From: a virus
Length of the DNA stretch: 64,000 nucleotides
Virus record (IMG/VR): IMGVR_UViG_3300046817_000498
Reading direction: 5' to 3' (one strand)
In this document: in pieces, positions 1 through 8,508 of the stretch
Layout: each line of letters opens with the position of its first letter
Numbering within the stretch: position 1 is the first letter of the stretch
Program-made: the position numbers and the translations under genes
Notes under the pieces: model-generated
What the model was told of the DNA's origin: nothing
Seen by the model: the letters and a program-made list of their open reading frames with translations, nothing else
Databases searched by the model: none

Positions 1-593
1 AGACCCTCTCCTCCCGCCCCGCGATCATCGAGGAATGCGCGAGGGTGTGCGATGAGCAGTACGAGAAGCACAAGCACTATTTCAGCGTCGGGCCCGGGTT
101 AGCTACGGCCTGCGCCACCGCCATCCGCGCCCTCGCGCCAGGGGGACAGAATGCAGCCTACACAGCGGCGGCAGGGTATCCATTGGAAGCACAGAGTCGT
201 GCCGCCTCCGCAGAGGTAGCCGAGGGTACGGATTTACGTCAGCAGTACAAGAACGCGACTCCAGAAGAACGCCAGCGGCTAATCCACGAGCACGACTGCC
301 CGAAAGCTTGGGCCTTTTACGACAAGCACGCTATCGGCTTGAAACCGTGCCCATCCTGCCTTGCGTGCGGGAAGCAGGAACCCGATCCCTCAAAGTGGGC
401 GATAAAGCACATGGAACTTCCGAATATTTACATCTGCGAAACCTGCGCTACCGCCCTCCGTGCCGCCCCCTCGCTGTCGAGGGAGGAGTGGAAGGTGATA
501 CTTCTGTCCATGGAATTTTACGACGATCGGGCCTCAGTCTGGCCCGCAGGCTGGGAAGCCCTCCGCGCGAAGGTGCGAGAGGCGCGGAAGTGA
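1..593 (+). CDS. hypothetical phage protein, 5' end cut by window edge; mosaic paralog of 38611..39498
   Basis: Frame open from nt 3. nt 1-157 are near-identical to 38810-38966. Shared blocks: CDEQYEKHKHYFSVGPGLATACATAIRALAPGGQNAA, AEVAEG, ALRAAPSLS, AKVREA. Stop overlaps next start (GTGA at 590). Confidence 0.7.
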   Translation, partial: TLSSRPAIIEECARVCDEQYEKHKHYFSVGPGLATACATAIRALAPGGQNAAYTAAAGYPLEAQSRAASAEVAEGTDLRQQYKNATPEERQRLIHEHDCPKAWAFYDKHAIGLKPCPSCLACGKQEPDPSKWAIKHMELPNIYICETCATALRAAPSLSREEWKVILLSMEFYDDRASVWPAGWEALRAKVREARK

Positions 594-919
594 GCAAGAT
601 CACCGAGAGCGCGCACGACCAGGTTTGCGAGCTGCGGATCCCGTTCGTCTGCAACCACGACCGGGCGACCACGGTCTGGTGCCACCGGAACGGGGCGGTG
701 TTCAAGGGCATCGGGGCCAAGAGCGAGGATATCCTCGGGGCCTACGGGTGTTCCTCCTGCCATGACGTGTACGACCGGCGGGTCCCGATCCCGAAGGCGG
801 CCGAAGCCATGGGCGTGACCAGGACGGAGGTTCTTCAGTGCTTCAACGACGGCCACGCTCGGAGCCTCCTGCGGCTCCTTGAACTCGGCATAATCCGGCT
901 TTCCGGCCGGACCCCCTAA
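590..919 (+). CDS. DUF1364 / YbcO-like phage nuclease
   Basis: GTG start coupled to upstream stop. CELRIPFVCNHD..TVWCH..GIGAKSEDILGAYGCSSCHDVYDRR matches the Cys/His pattern of the E. coli prophage YbcO family. Confidence 0.75.
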   Translation: MSKITESAHDQVCELRIPFVCNHDRATTVWCHRNGAVFKGIGAKSEDILGAYGCSSCHDVYDRRVPIPKAAEAMGVTRTEVLQCFNDGHARSLLRLLELGIIRLSGRTP

Positions 920-945
920 AATCGACGTTTCGGAGGTTTCACAAA

Positions 946-1194
946 ATGCCCGACACCCCTTCGCCGACGCATCAGCGCGAGCCACAAGCCTCGAACCTGC
1001 CATCCGCCGCCTGTCGGCAATGCCGGGGCTCTTTTAGCCCAAGGGCGGCGTGGCAGCACTTCTGTTCCACGGCCTGCCGGCGTGAGTGGCACAAGGCCAA
1101 CAAGGGCAAGCGGATCCGGCTGGTTGACCTCGAGCGCCGGATCGCCGACCTCGAGGCCCGGGTGACCGTACTGGACGACCCGACCCGGTCATGA
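946..1194 (+). CDS. small zinc-ribbon protein
   Basis: 82 aa with CRQC ... CSTAC cysteine pairs and a coiled-coil tail. ATGA overlap with next gene. Confidence 0.55.
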   Translation: MPDTPSPTHQREPQASNLPSAACRQCRGSFSPRAAWQHFCSTACRREWHKANKGKRIRLVDLERRIADLEARVTVLDDPTRS

Positions 1195-1460
1195 CCCTCT
1201 ACCTATCCCTGAAGCGGGAGTACTTCGACCAGGTGCGCGCCGGCACGAAGCCGGAGGAGTTCCGCCGGGTCTGCCCGTACTGGACGAAGCGCCTCGCGCA
1301 CCCGTTCACGCGGATCAGCCTGACGTGGGGATACCCGAAGGGGACCGACCAGGAGCGCCGCGTCGAGCTCCCGTGGCGCGGCATGAGGAAGACGACCATC
1401 ACCCACCCGCTGTTCGGGCCGGAGCCGGTCGAGGTCTACGCGATCAGGTTGACCCCGTGA
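1191..1460 (+). CDS. ASCH domain protein
   Basis: 89 aa. LSLKREYFDQVRAGTKPEEFR at the N-terminus is typical of ASCH-fold phage proteins. Confidence 0.65.
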   Translation: MTLYLSLKREYFDQVRAGTKPEEFRRVCPYWTKRLAHPFTRISLTWGYPKGTDQERRVELPWRGMRKTTITHPLFGPEPVEVYAIRLTP

Positions 1461-1561
1461 GCTGGCCCGCCTGCATCGGGGTTGTACTGCTGGTCTTCAC
1501 CGCCTTCCTGCTCACCGGCAGCCCGTGGTGCTTGCTCCTGCTCGGGCTGCTCTACCTCTGA
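1457..1561 (+). CDS. possible 34-aa hydrophobic peptide
   Basis: GTG 1457 overlaps the ASCH stop (GTGA). Encodes VSWPACIGVVLLVFTAFLLTGSPWCLLLLGLLYL. Its 3' end converges on and overlaps the spanin gene end. Confidence 0.25.
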   Translation: MSWPACIGVVLLVFTAFLLTGSPWCLLLLGLLYL

Positions 1562-2049
1562 AGCCCGCGCACGTAGGCGACGCACTCCGCAGCTAAATCC
1601 CGGTCCCGCTGGCCTTGTTCAGCGAGGTCCGTAATGCGTCGTTGAAGTCCTCCAAGAGCTTGGCGGAGTCCTCGATCAAGTTGTTCGGCGGCGTAGCATA
1701 TCCGGCCACCGCCGCCGGCGGCGCCGGGAGGCTCGGGCACGAGGCGGCGACTGGCAAGGGCATCCCCGCGCAACCTGGCAGCGCGAAGATCAGCAGCAAG
1801 GCGGTCAGTGCGTAGTTGGGCTTCACGTTCGGTTGCCTCCGCGAGTTGTTTCCATGCCTGTTCCTTCTGCCGCGCGAGTTCGGCCTGCTTGTCACCGGCC
1901 GCCTTGACCTGCGCGCGGTAGTCGTCGAACTTCACCTCCTCGTGCTCCACGCCCTTCCAGTAGAAGGCCAGGGCGGCCGAACCAGCCACCGCGGCGATCC
2001 CGAGCCAGCGCCAGGCCCACGATGGCAGGAGCCCGAGGACGGCGGTCAC
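1552..2049 (-). CDS. i-spanin (Rz-like)
   Basis: 165 aa with an N-terminal TM (WRWLGIAAVAGSAALAFYW) followed by charged coiled coil. Last gene of the lysis cassette. GTGA coupling to the holin stop. Confidence 0.7.
   Translation of the reverse strand: MTAVLGLLPSWAWRWLGIAAVAGSAALAFYWKGVEHEEVKFDDYRAQVKAAGDKQAELARQKEQAWKQLAEATEREAQLRTDRLAADLRAARLRGDALASRRLVPEPPGAAGGGGRICYAAEQLDRGLRQALGGLQRRITDLAEQGQRDRDLAAECVAYVRGLQR
1593..1826 (-). CDS. o-spanin (Rz1-like) lipoprotein embedded in the i-spanin gene
   Basis: Alternate frame lying wholly inside 1552..2049. GTG start, signal plus lipobox LLLIFALPGC, short Pro-rich mature part. Confidence 0.65.
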   Translation of the reverse strand: MKPNYALTALLLIFALPGCAGMPLPVAASCPSLPAPPAAVAGYATPPNNLIEDSAKLLEDFNDALRTSLNKASGTGI

Positions 2050-2405
2050 TTCTCGTCCTTCGCCGGCGACGAGGTCCGATCCGGGAGCTTGTTCGCCAGC
2101 ACGTGAGCTCCGAGCCAGATGGTCGCCATCAGCGAGAAGTAGGTGGTGATCTGGTCCGGGACCTTGTGGAGCACGTGCAGGAAGCCGTACATGCTCATGA
2201 GGTACAGGCCGACCCGCTCCATCGCGCGCCGATCGAGGGAGCCGTCCGAGCGGGTGATCATCTGCGCGAGCCGGAAGTTCCGGTACTCGCCGTTGGCGAA
2301 GTTCAGCCGGATCAGGAACACGATCAGGCTGAAGAAGAAGACCGCGAAGATCAGCGAGACGATGTGCTCCTCGAGGAACTGGAGAGCTTCCACGACGGCA
2401 CTCAT
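2046..2405 (-). CDS. holin-like membrane protein
   Basis: 119 aa from the ATG at 2405, with three hydrophobic segments and a charged C-terminus (SSPAKDEK). Lies between the endolysin and the spanins. Confidence 0.6.
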   Translation of the reverse strand: MSAVVEALQFLEEHIVSLIFAVFFFSLIVFLIRLNFANGEYRNFRLAQMITRSDGSLDRRAMERVGLYLMSMYGFLHVLHKVPDQITTYFSLMATIWLGAHVLANKLPDRTSSPAKDEK

Positions 2406-2827
2406 GCGACGAACATCTCGCGTTCCTGCTCGCGCCGAGCCGACAGCCCGGCGCTCACCTCGCCGCCGGCGTGGTTCCACCTGGAAAACTGCTCGGCAGC
2501 TCCAGCCGCGTCTCCGGCGTTCAGAAGGCGCAGCAGCGTGGAATTCCGCAGCGCCGTGCAGCCAAGGTTGAAGGCGAACGAGCACAGGGCGTCGAACTGC
2601 CCCTGCGTGAGCTCGGTCGATACGAGCCGTGAGACGCAGGCCTCGCACGGAGCCACATCCTGCGCGAACCACGCCTCGGCCTGCTCGATCGTGCAAACGT
2701 CACCGACCTTCACGCCTACGATGTGTCCCCAGCCGATGGTCCAAACGCCGATCTCGTCCTGGTAGGCCTCGAGACGCAGCCGCTCCTTAGACTTGATGAA
2801 CCGCTTGCCTTCATCGGATAGGTTCAC
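2402..2827 (-). CDS. endolysin, GH24 lysozyme family
   Basis: 141 aa from GTG 2827. KERLRLEAYQDEIGVWTIGWGH matches the T4/lambda-type lysozyme catalytic E-D-T region. Confidence 0.85.
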   Translation of the reverse strand: MNLSDEGKRFIKSKERLRLEAYQDEIGVWTIGWGHIVGVKVGDVCTIEQAEAWFAQDVAPCEACVSRLVSTELTQGQFDALCSFAFNLGCTALRNSTLLRLLNAGDAAGAAEQFSRWNHAGGEVSAGLSARREQEREMFVA

Positions 2828-3144
2828 GGCTTCTGTCTCGCGACGTGGATGTTGCTCGCCGCTGCCCCGCATCCGACCGCGGCGATGAAGATTCGCAGAG
2901 GAGGCCATGCCGCGTTCCAGTCCTCGTCGCTCACGCCCCACTTGATGTAGGAGGCGAGCGCGAGTTTGATCACGTCCAGCGCCGGGACCGGGATCGGGTT
3001 CTGCTCGGTCGCGGTCGGGTTGTGATGCAGCGCGTAGTGCGTGCTGGCGACGTCTGCGACCTGGCATCCGGCCGCCGCATCCTTGCTCGCCAGCGTCTCG
3101 CATGCTCCGAGCCAGAACGCGAGCGCGAGGACCAACAGCCGCAT
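2824..3144 (-). CDS. lipoprotein, unknown function
   Basis: MRLLVLALAFWLGAC gives an N-terminal signal with a lipobox. Coupled to the endolysin start. Confidence 0.6.
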   Translation of the reverse strand: MRLLVLALAFWLGACETLASKDAAAGCQVADVASTHYALHHNPTATEQNPIPVPALDVIKLALASYIKWGVSDEDWNAAWPPLRIFIAAVGCGAAASNIHVARQKP

Positions 3145-3425
3145 CAGGGCTTCGCGCCCTCGACTGCGGCGACGACGATCGGGGCGGCCTGCGCAGCCAA
3201 CACCGCAGCCGCGTCCGCGCGGAACGCTTTCAGCGCGTCGAGCTGACCGGTGAAGCCGGTGATCGCTTCGTCCAACCCCGCGAGATTGAACTGTTCGGGA
3301 CTGGTTGTGGGCTTGCCGGTTTCGGGGTCGTACTTGGTGGCGAACGACGCCACCGTGTCCGGGCCGACAGCCACCAGCTTCACCGTTCCCGCTGCCTTCA
3401 TCGCTGCGTATTTGAGCATGTCCAT
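3144..3425 (-). CDS. hypothetical protein
   Basis: 93-aa ORF in the operon, with ATGA overlap to the downstream gene. Confidence 0.45.
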   Translation of the reverse strand: MDMLKYAAMKAAGTVKLVAVGPDTVASFATKYDPETGKPTTSPEQFNLAGLDEAITGFTGQLDALKAFRADAAAVLAAQAAPIVVAAVEGAKP

Positions 3426-3452
3426 CTTAGTTTCTTCCTTGTGTTGTGCCGA

Positions 3453-4910
3453 TTAGTCGGCGTTGATGACTACGAAATCTATAGCCGTCTGACTGGTCAC
3501 GGCGGGCACCACGCTGATGGCACATGAGCCAGCAGCGGGAACGGCTATCAAATCCACGCCCACAGCATTACCCGGGGCGCTGGCAAATTGCAGCAATACC
3601 TTCGAAGCAGCGGTGATGAGCGAGTTGGTGAGCGTGAGCGTCGTGCCCGCCGCAGCCAGATTCACCCGCCCGGCAGGCTTGTTGATGGTCACGTTTCCGA
3701 CCGTGCCCGTATTGGTGAAGTCCATGTACAGGCGCTTCCAGCCGTTGCTGGCACTACCAAGGTCAATCGTGCCAGTAGCAGTCGGAACTAGCGCAGCGCC
3801 GAAAGCGATTGCTCCCGCCGTCGTCGAGATCGTCGGGTTGCCGCCGTTGGAGCCGGTGGCGGAGAGGCTGCGGGTTGCGCCAGCGGTGCGAAGAATGACA
3901 AATTGTGCGTTCGATCCAGAATCGCTATAAAAAACGTGGGAGCTATTTCCTTTGCCTATGTAATTGATGCCGATGTCCGTGTTTGCACCCCCGGCTTGAA
4001 TACCCGGAGCGTTCCCCGTCGTACCGGAAACCGCTTGAAGGAAATTAACTCCGCTTGCTACATCGACTACTTGAAGTCCTACGGTCCCATTGTTCGTTCT
4101 GAGCGACAGCGGCCCAGCCGTGCCAGAGTCGATGATGGGAGTGAAAGCGGCGCTTACACGATCTACCGATGTCCCGAGGGAAAAAGCGTTATCTACTGTT
4201 GGCCGCAACGTACCGGATGTACCGTCAAATAACCAGTTCCCGGAACCACCGCCTACAACAACATTCGCTGTACCGCCACTAAGAACCGCGAGCGTCACCA
4301 CGCTCGTTCCAAAGAAGCCTGAACGAACTCGATTTGTTCCAGTGATACCAAGATCAACTGCGTTATCTGCCGCTGGAATTAACGAACCGTTTCCTCCACC
4401 AAGCATAGCCCAAGTTGTTACATTATTTACTTGGAAGGTTAGTTGTCCTGCTGACGTTATTTGAGGTGTCACCACGCTCGTCGAGAATTTCCCGGTGCCG
4501 GTGACATCCAGCGTCTGAGTGGGCGCTGCGTTGCCTACTCCTAGACGCTTGTTAGTGTTATCCCAAAAGAGGTTCACGTCCTGCGCGACCGTGTTGCCCG
4601 CGGCGCCGAACAGGATCTGCCCTGCGACGAGCGGCGCGCCTCCGCCTCCGCCTATGTCGAGCAGGAGCACGTCCGGCGTGGTCGTGGTCGGCAGCCCGGT
4701 CTTCGCGAGCTGGACGTCATACCGACCGTTCGCCGCGTAGAAGAAGAAGTTGCCTAGAGCATCCGTCTGCGTCGGGTTCGGCTTCGGAGTCGCGACGTTG
4801 TCGCTGAAGAGCGAGGCGAGCGTCTGCGTCCCCGTGAGGAAGACCGAGACGGTCATCCCCTGGATGATGTTCCCGAGCGCGTCCTGTGCCGTGTTCTGAT
4901 ATCGCTGCAT
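3453..4910 (-). CDS. tail fibre protein
   Basis: ATG 4910 lies 4 nt after the upstream stop. The N-terminus is prealbumin-like (GMTVSVFLTGTQTLASLFSD..TDALGNFFFYAANGRYDV), followed by Gly/Thr/Ser/Asn-rich beta-type sequence. Confidence 0.6.
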   Translation of the reverse strand: MQRYQNTAQDALGNIIQGMTVSVFLTGTQTLASLFSDNVATPKPNPTQTDALGNFFFYAANGRYDVQLAKTGLPTTTTPDVLLLDIGGGGGAPLVAGQILFGAAGNTVAQDVNLFWDNTNKRLGVGNAAPTQTLDVTGTGKFSTSVVTPQITSAGQLTFQVNNVTTWAMLGGGNGSLIPAADNAVDLGITGTNRVRSGFFGTSVVTLAVLSGGTANVVVGGGSGNWLFDGTSGTLRPTVDNAFSLGTSVDRVSAAFTPIIDSGTAGPLSLRTNNGTVGLQVVDVASGVNFLQAVSGTTGNAPGIQAGGANTDIGINYIGKGNSSHVFYSDSGSNAQFVILRTAGATRSLSATGSNGGNPTISTTAGAIAFGAALVPTATGTIDLGSASNGWKRLYMDFTNTGTVGNVTINKPAGRVNLAAAGTTLTLTNSLITAASKVLLQFASAPGNAVGVDLIAVPAAGSCAISVVPAVTSQTAIDFVVINAD

Positions 4911-4914
4911 GGCC

Positions 4915-6495
4915 CTAGCCCCAGAGTTCCCCGGCGATGCCTGAGTGTGTGTTCGCGCCAGCAATCGCCCCAGGGTTGTTCCCTTCCCAAGTGGTGGTGC
5001 CTGCCGCCTGTGCGATCTCGAGCCATGCCAGGAAGTGACGGCCCACTCCAGGGAATCCCTCCCACTGCGCCGTAATCGGATAGATACCGTTGGTGACAGT
5101 GTTCGTCGCCGAGAGCGGGAAGAGGTCCGCGCTGTTCACGGTCGTTGAGTCGATACCGATGCCAACTTGGGCTTGGTTCCCGGCGCCGGTCGCAACCGCA
5201 GAAGCAGCGACGTTCGCCTTCACCACGCTCTCTTGAACCCCTACGACGAAATCCAGTTGGTTCGCTGCGTTCGCGTTCGCCTGGCGGTAGGTCGCCGTGG
5301 TGTAGGTCCAGCTCGCCGCAGTCTCCTGGACCAGCATCTTGCGAAGGGCGCGGTTGTAGTAGTTCCACAGGTATCGCTTGGCGATCGAGTCCTCGCTCTG
5401 CCCGGCCACGCCCGTCGTGCGGAACGAGCCCATGTAGCGCTGCGCGAGGTTCGCGGCGTTGACCAGAACGCCGTCCTGAGTCGCAAGACCGACCGCAGGG
5501 GTCCTCGATGTGTCGCTGGTCCACGCCGAGACCGTGAGCGAGACGACGCCGGCCGCCTGAGATGCGAACACGTCGTACATCTGAGCGGTCGTGTTCGGCA
5601 CCGCCACCGTCACTGCCTGCGTGAACGGGACGATGTTCCACTTCAACGCGAGCGTGTCGAACAGCGCGATCCTCGTCCCGCGAACCGGCTGCAGGAATAT
5701 CGCCGTGGCCGCGAGCACGTCGGCCGTGGGGAACGCGCTCCCCTGCGTGAACGTGAGCCTCGCCTGGCAGACTCCGGGGTCGCCTATGTCATAGTCGGCG
5801 TCCTGCATCGTGAGCGTGCGCGTGGTCGCGGTCGTGATCCTGTCGGAGTTCAGCTTCATGAGCTTCGTCGCGTCCGTCGTCCCGGTGATCGGGTTCGTGT
5901 CCGCCATCGGGATGCTCGTATTGCCAGGGAAGGCACTCGCGAATCCGTACAGGACCGAGCTCAGGCCCGAATCGAGTGCCTGGCCCGTGTCATTCCTGAC
6001 GGTGACGGTGGTTACACCTCCACCGAAGACCGATGACACCACGGCACCGTACAGCGTCCCGCCACCGTTCAACGTCTGGATACGCCTGTCGGCGTGGAGG
6101 ATGCCCGTGGCGTTCCCGGGTACCGAGAACTGCGTGGAGTTCAACTGCGTCGGGGTGAGGCCGAGCGCGACCCACTCCGACTGCGCGAACGCGAGGTCGT
6201 TCATCCCGGTCAGGTTGTCGTAGGTGGCGATGATGGACCCGAGCGCGTCCGCAAGGACCAACTTCATCGCCACGCCGGCCTGGAACCAGATTTCCTGCGG
6301 CGGGCGCCCGTCCGGGTTGAGGATGATCGGGTTCGCGTTGGCGATCGTCCCGGCGCTCGTGGTGAATGTCGCCGCCGGAGTGCTGGTCCCTGCCAAGTAC
6401 GTGGTAATCTGCCCGAGCGCGAGCGGCACGCCGTTCTGATCCATGAACTGGCCGCCAGCGCCGAAAACGCCCGGGGCGAGGAAGACCGCGGCCAT
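4915..6495 (-). CDS. tail fibre / tailspike protein
   Basis: 526 aa. The N-terminus FMDQNGVPLALGQITTYLAGTSTPAATFT..NPIILNPDG is typical of podovirus fibre adaptors. Confidence 0.6.
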   Translation of the reverse strand: MAAVFLAPGVFGAGGQFMDQNGVPLALGQITTYLAGTSTPAATFTTSAGTIANANPIILNPDGRPPQEIWFQAGVAMKLVLADALGSIIATYDNLTGMNDLAFAQSEWVALGLTPTQLNSTQFSVPGNATGILHADRRIQTLNGGGTLYGAVVSSVFGGGVTTVTVRNDTGQALDSGLSSVLYGFASAFPGNTSIPMADTNPITGTTDATKLMKLNSDRITTATTRTLTMQDADYDIGDPGVCQARLTFTQGSAFPTADVLAATAIFLQPVRGTRIALFDTLALKWNIVPFTQAVTVAVPNTTAQMYDVFASQAAGVVSLTVSAWTSDTSRTPAVGLATQDGVLVNAANLAQRYMGSFRTTGVAGQSEDSIAKRYLWNYYNRALRKMLVQETAASWTYTTATYRQANANAANQLDFVVGVQESVVKANVAASAVATGAGNQAQVGIGIDSTTVNSADLFPLSATNTVTNGIYPITAQWEGFPGVGRHFLAWLEIAQAAGTTTWEGNNPGAIAGANTHSGIAGELWG

Positions 6496-6579
6496 TTATC
6501 GAGGCTCCTTCGATGGATCTTGTTTCAGCATGGGTCGCCTTGTCCTGGTGGCTGAAGTTCTGGCAACGGACATATTCGC

Positions 6580-8508
6580 CTATTTCGCAATCTCGGACAA
6601 TCGAACGAACCGCTTCTGGGCCGCGCGCAGCGCCGCCCCTTCCGAGAACTTCGACGTCAACTTTGCGCCTACGAGCTCGCCCACCGCCGCCCCTGCCCCC
6701 GGAGCTCCAACGAGTGCTCCGGCAGCTCCGCCGGTTGCCGCCGCCCCGGCCCTGACCGCCGCCATCGCTCCGCGCGCGACGAGGTTGTGCTCCTGCACGG
6801 CCGCTCCCGGGTAGGACTGATCGAGGCGCAGGATACGGCCCGCCTCCTCGAGGTCACCCATCTTCGCGAGTTCCTCCGGAGAGAACACCATCTCCAGCCT
6901 CGCCTGGTTGTTCCGGATATAGCGCGACACGTCCCGCGCGCCCCATTGCCCGACGCGCTGCGTCCCGGCCTCGAGCATCTTGTTCGCGAAGTGCGCCCGG
7001 ATTTCCGAGAGCGCGGTCTGCGCCTGCGGCTGGAGTTCCTCGGGGACGGCTCGGAGCGTGCGGACCACGTGCGCGAGCTGGTCCACCGGCATCCCGGCGA
7101 TCGTGTCGGCGACCTTCTCCACCGGAACCGCTCGGTTGATCTTCTCCGGGCCCTCGGCGTCGAGCAGCTTCCCGATCCCGTTCGGCTCGTCCAGCGTGAC
7201 CGCCCGCATCCGGCGCAGCGCCCGCGCCTGCCCGTACACGTCCTCGCCGGCGCTTTGCATCACGTCGTCGTCGATCGCCTCGCGCAGGCCCCGGATCAGC
7301 CGGGAGGTCCTCGGCTGCCACACGTTGTTCAGGTACTGCTTGAGGCGCTCGGCCTGCCCGACGGTGATCCCTTCGCCCTCGCCCTCGCCTGCCATCCCGA
7401 GGGTCTTCATGCGGGCCTTCACGCCCTTCAGGAGGGCCTCGCCCTCGGTCGTCCCGAGGAACTCCGCCTGGTCTCCCGCCATGAGCTCGCGCACCTTCGG
7501 CATGTCGATCTTGACTCCCTCGGAGCGCGCGTCGGCCTCCTTGTAGAGCGACTTGATCTGCCTGTCGAAGTATTCCGAGAGCTTGTCGAGCGGCTCCAGA
7601 ATGGACCCGCCGCGGGCGTAGGCGGTGGTGCTGTCGCTCCCGACGGTGCCACCAGTGTCCTGAACGATCGACTCGGCGTGCTGGGTCAGCGCGGCCCGCT
7701 CCTGGTCGAGCTTGGCGCGCATGTAGTTCCCGGCCTGGTTGTCGAGCTTGGACTGTTGGAAGTCGGTCGCCGCCTCCTTGACGCTACCGGACAGGGCGCT
7801 CTTGCGGCCTTCCTCGATCCCGACGCGCTGGAGGACCTCCGCACGACGCGCCTGCTCCTCGATCGGCAAGGCGATGGGCGTCGGGCCTTCGGCAGCCGCC
7901 GTGGCGACCCGCCCATCGGCCACGCGCTCCGCTGACTCGGCGGCCGTGAGGTTCTCCATCTTGACCGGAGACCGGAGCGGCTCGTTGCCCTTCCGCATCA
8001 GGAGCAACGGGGCCGCGTTGATCGCGGTCTCGACCCCGGTTGCCACCGACGGCGGGGCCCCGAGGTCCTGCGATACCTCTCCCGCCTTCTTCGCGGCTAC
8101 CCCGAACCAGTTGAGCGGGTTCCAGGGCGAGGCCATGACGCGCGCGGTCGTCTCGCTCTCCGGGCGGTAGCCGCGGTGCTCGAGTTCCTCATTCACGTTG
8201 TCCGCTGCATCGTCCAGCGTTCCGCCGGTCGCCAGCGTCGCCATGCCGCGCCAGCCCGCGACGATCCCCGCCCCGGTGCTTTGCACAATGGACCGGGCGA
8301 CCTGGTCATAAGGATCCGGCTCGCCGGGCTTCGTCCCGAGGGCGTGAATGTTGACCCCGGCGGCCGCTGCAGCCCCTTTGGGCGCTGCCTTGGGCTTCTC
8401 CGGCGCCGCTGGCGTGGCGTCGAACTCCGACAGGAAGTCGCCGTCGCGGCGCTCGCGCTGGGGCGGGCCCGTCGGGGTCGCGTCGAACTGATCGAGGAAG
8501 CCCGTCAC
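6580..8508 (-). CDS. ejection / internal virion protein (P22 gp16 position)
   Basis: 642 aa from GTG 8508 (GTGA coupling). Size and gene order match the P22 ejection protein set. No enzymatic motif recognised. Confidence 0.45.
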   Translation of the reverse strand: MTGFLDQFDATPTGPPQRERRDGDFLSEFDATPAAPEKPKAAPKGAAAAAGVNIHALGTKPGEPDPYDQVARSIVQSTGAGIVAGWRGMATLATGGTLDDAADNVNEELEHRGYRPESETTARVMASPWNPLNWFGVAAKKAGEVSQDLGAPPSVATGVETAINAAPLLLMRKGNEPLRSPVKMENLTAAESAERVADGRVATAAAEGPTPIALPIEEQARRAEVLQRVGIEEGRKSALSGSVKEAATDFQQSKLDNQAGNYMRAKLDQERAALTQHAESIVQDTGGTVGSDSTTAYARGGSILEPLDKLSEYFDRQIKSLYKEADARSEGVKIDMPKVRELMAGDQAEFLGTTEGEALLKGVKARMKTLGMAGEGEGEGITVGQAERLKQYLNNVWQPRTSRLIRGLREAIDDDVMQSAGEDVYGQARALRRMRAVTLDEPNGIGKLLDAEGPEKINRAVPVEKVADTIAGMPVDQLAHVVRTLRAVPEELQPQAQTALSEIRAHFANKMLEAGTQRVGQWGARDVSRYIRNNQARLEMVFSPEELAKMGDLEEAGRILRLDQSYPGAAVQEHNLVARGAMAAVRAGAAATGGAAGALVGAPGAGAAVGELVGAKLTSKFSEGAALRAAQKRFVRLSEIAK

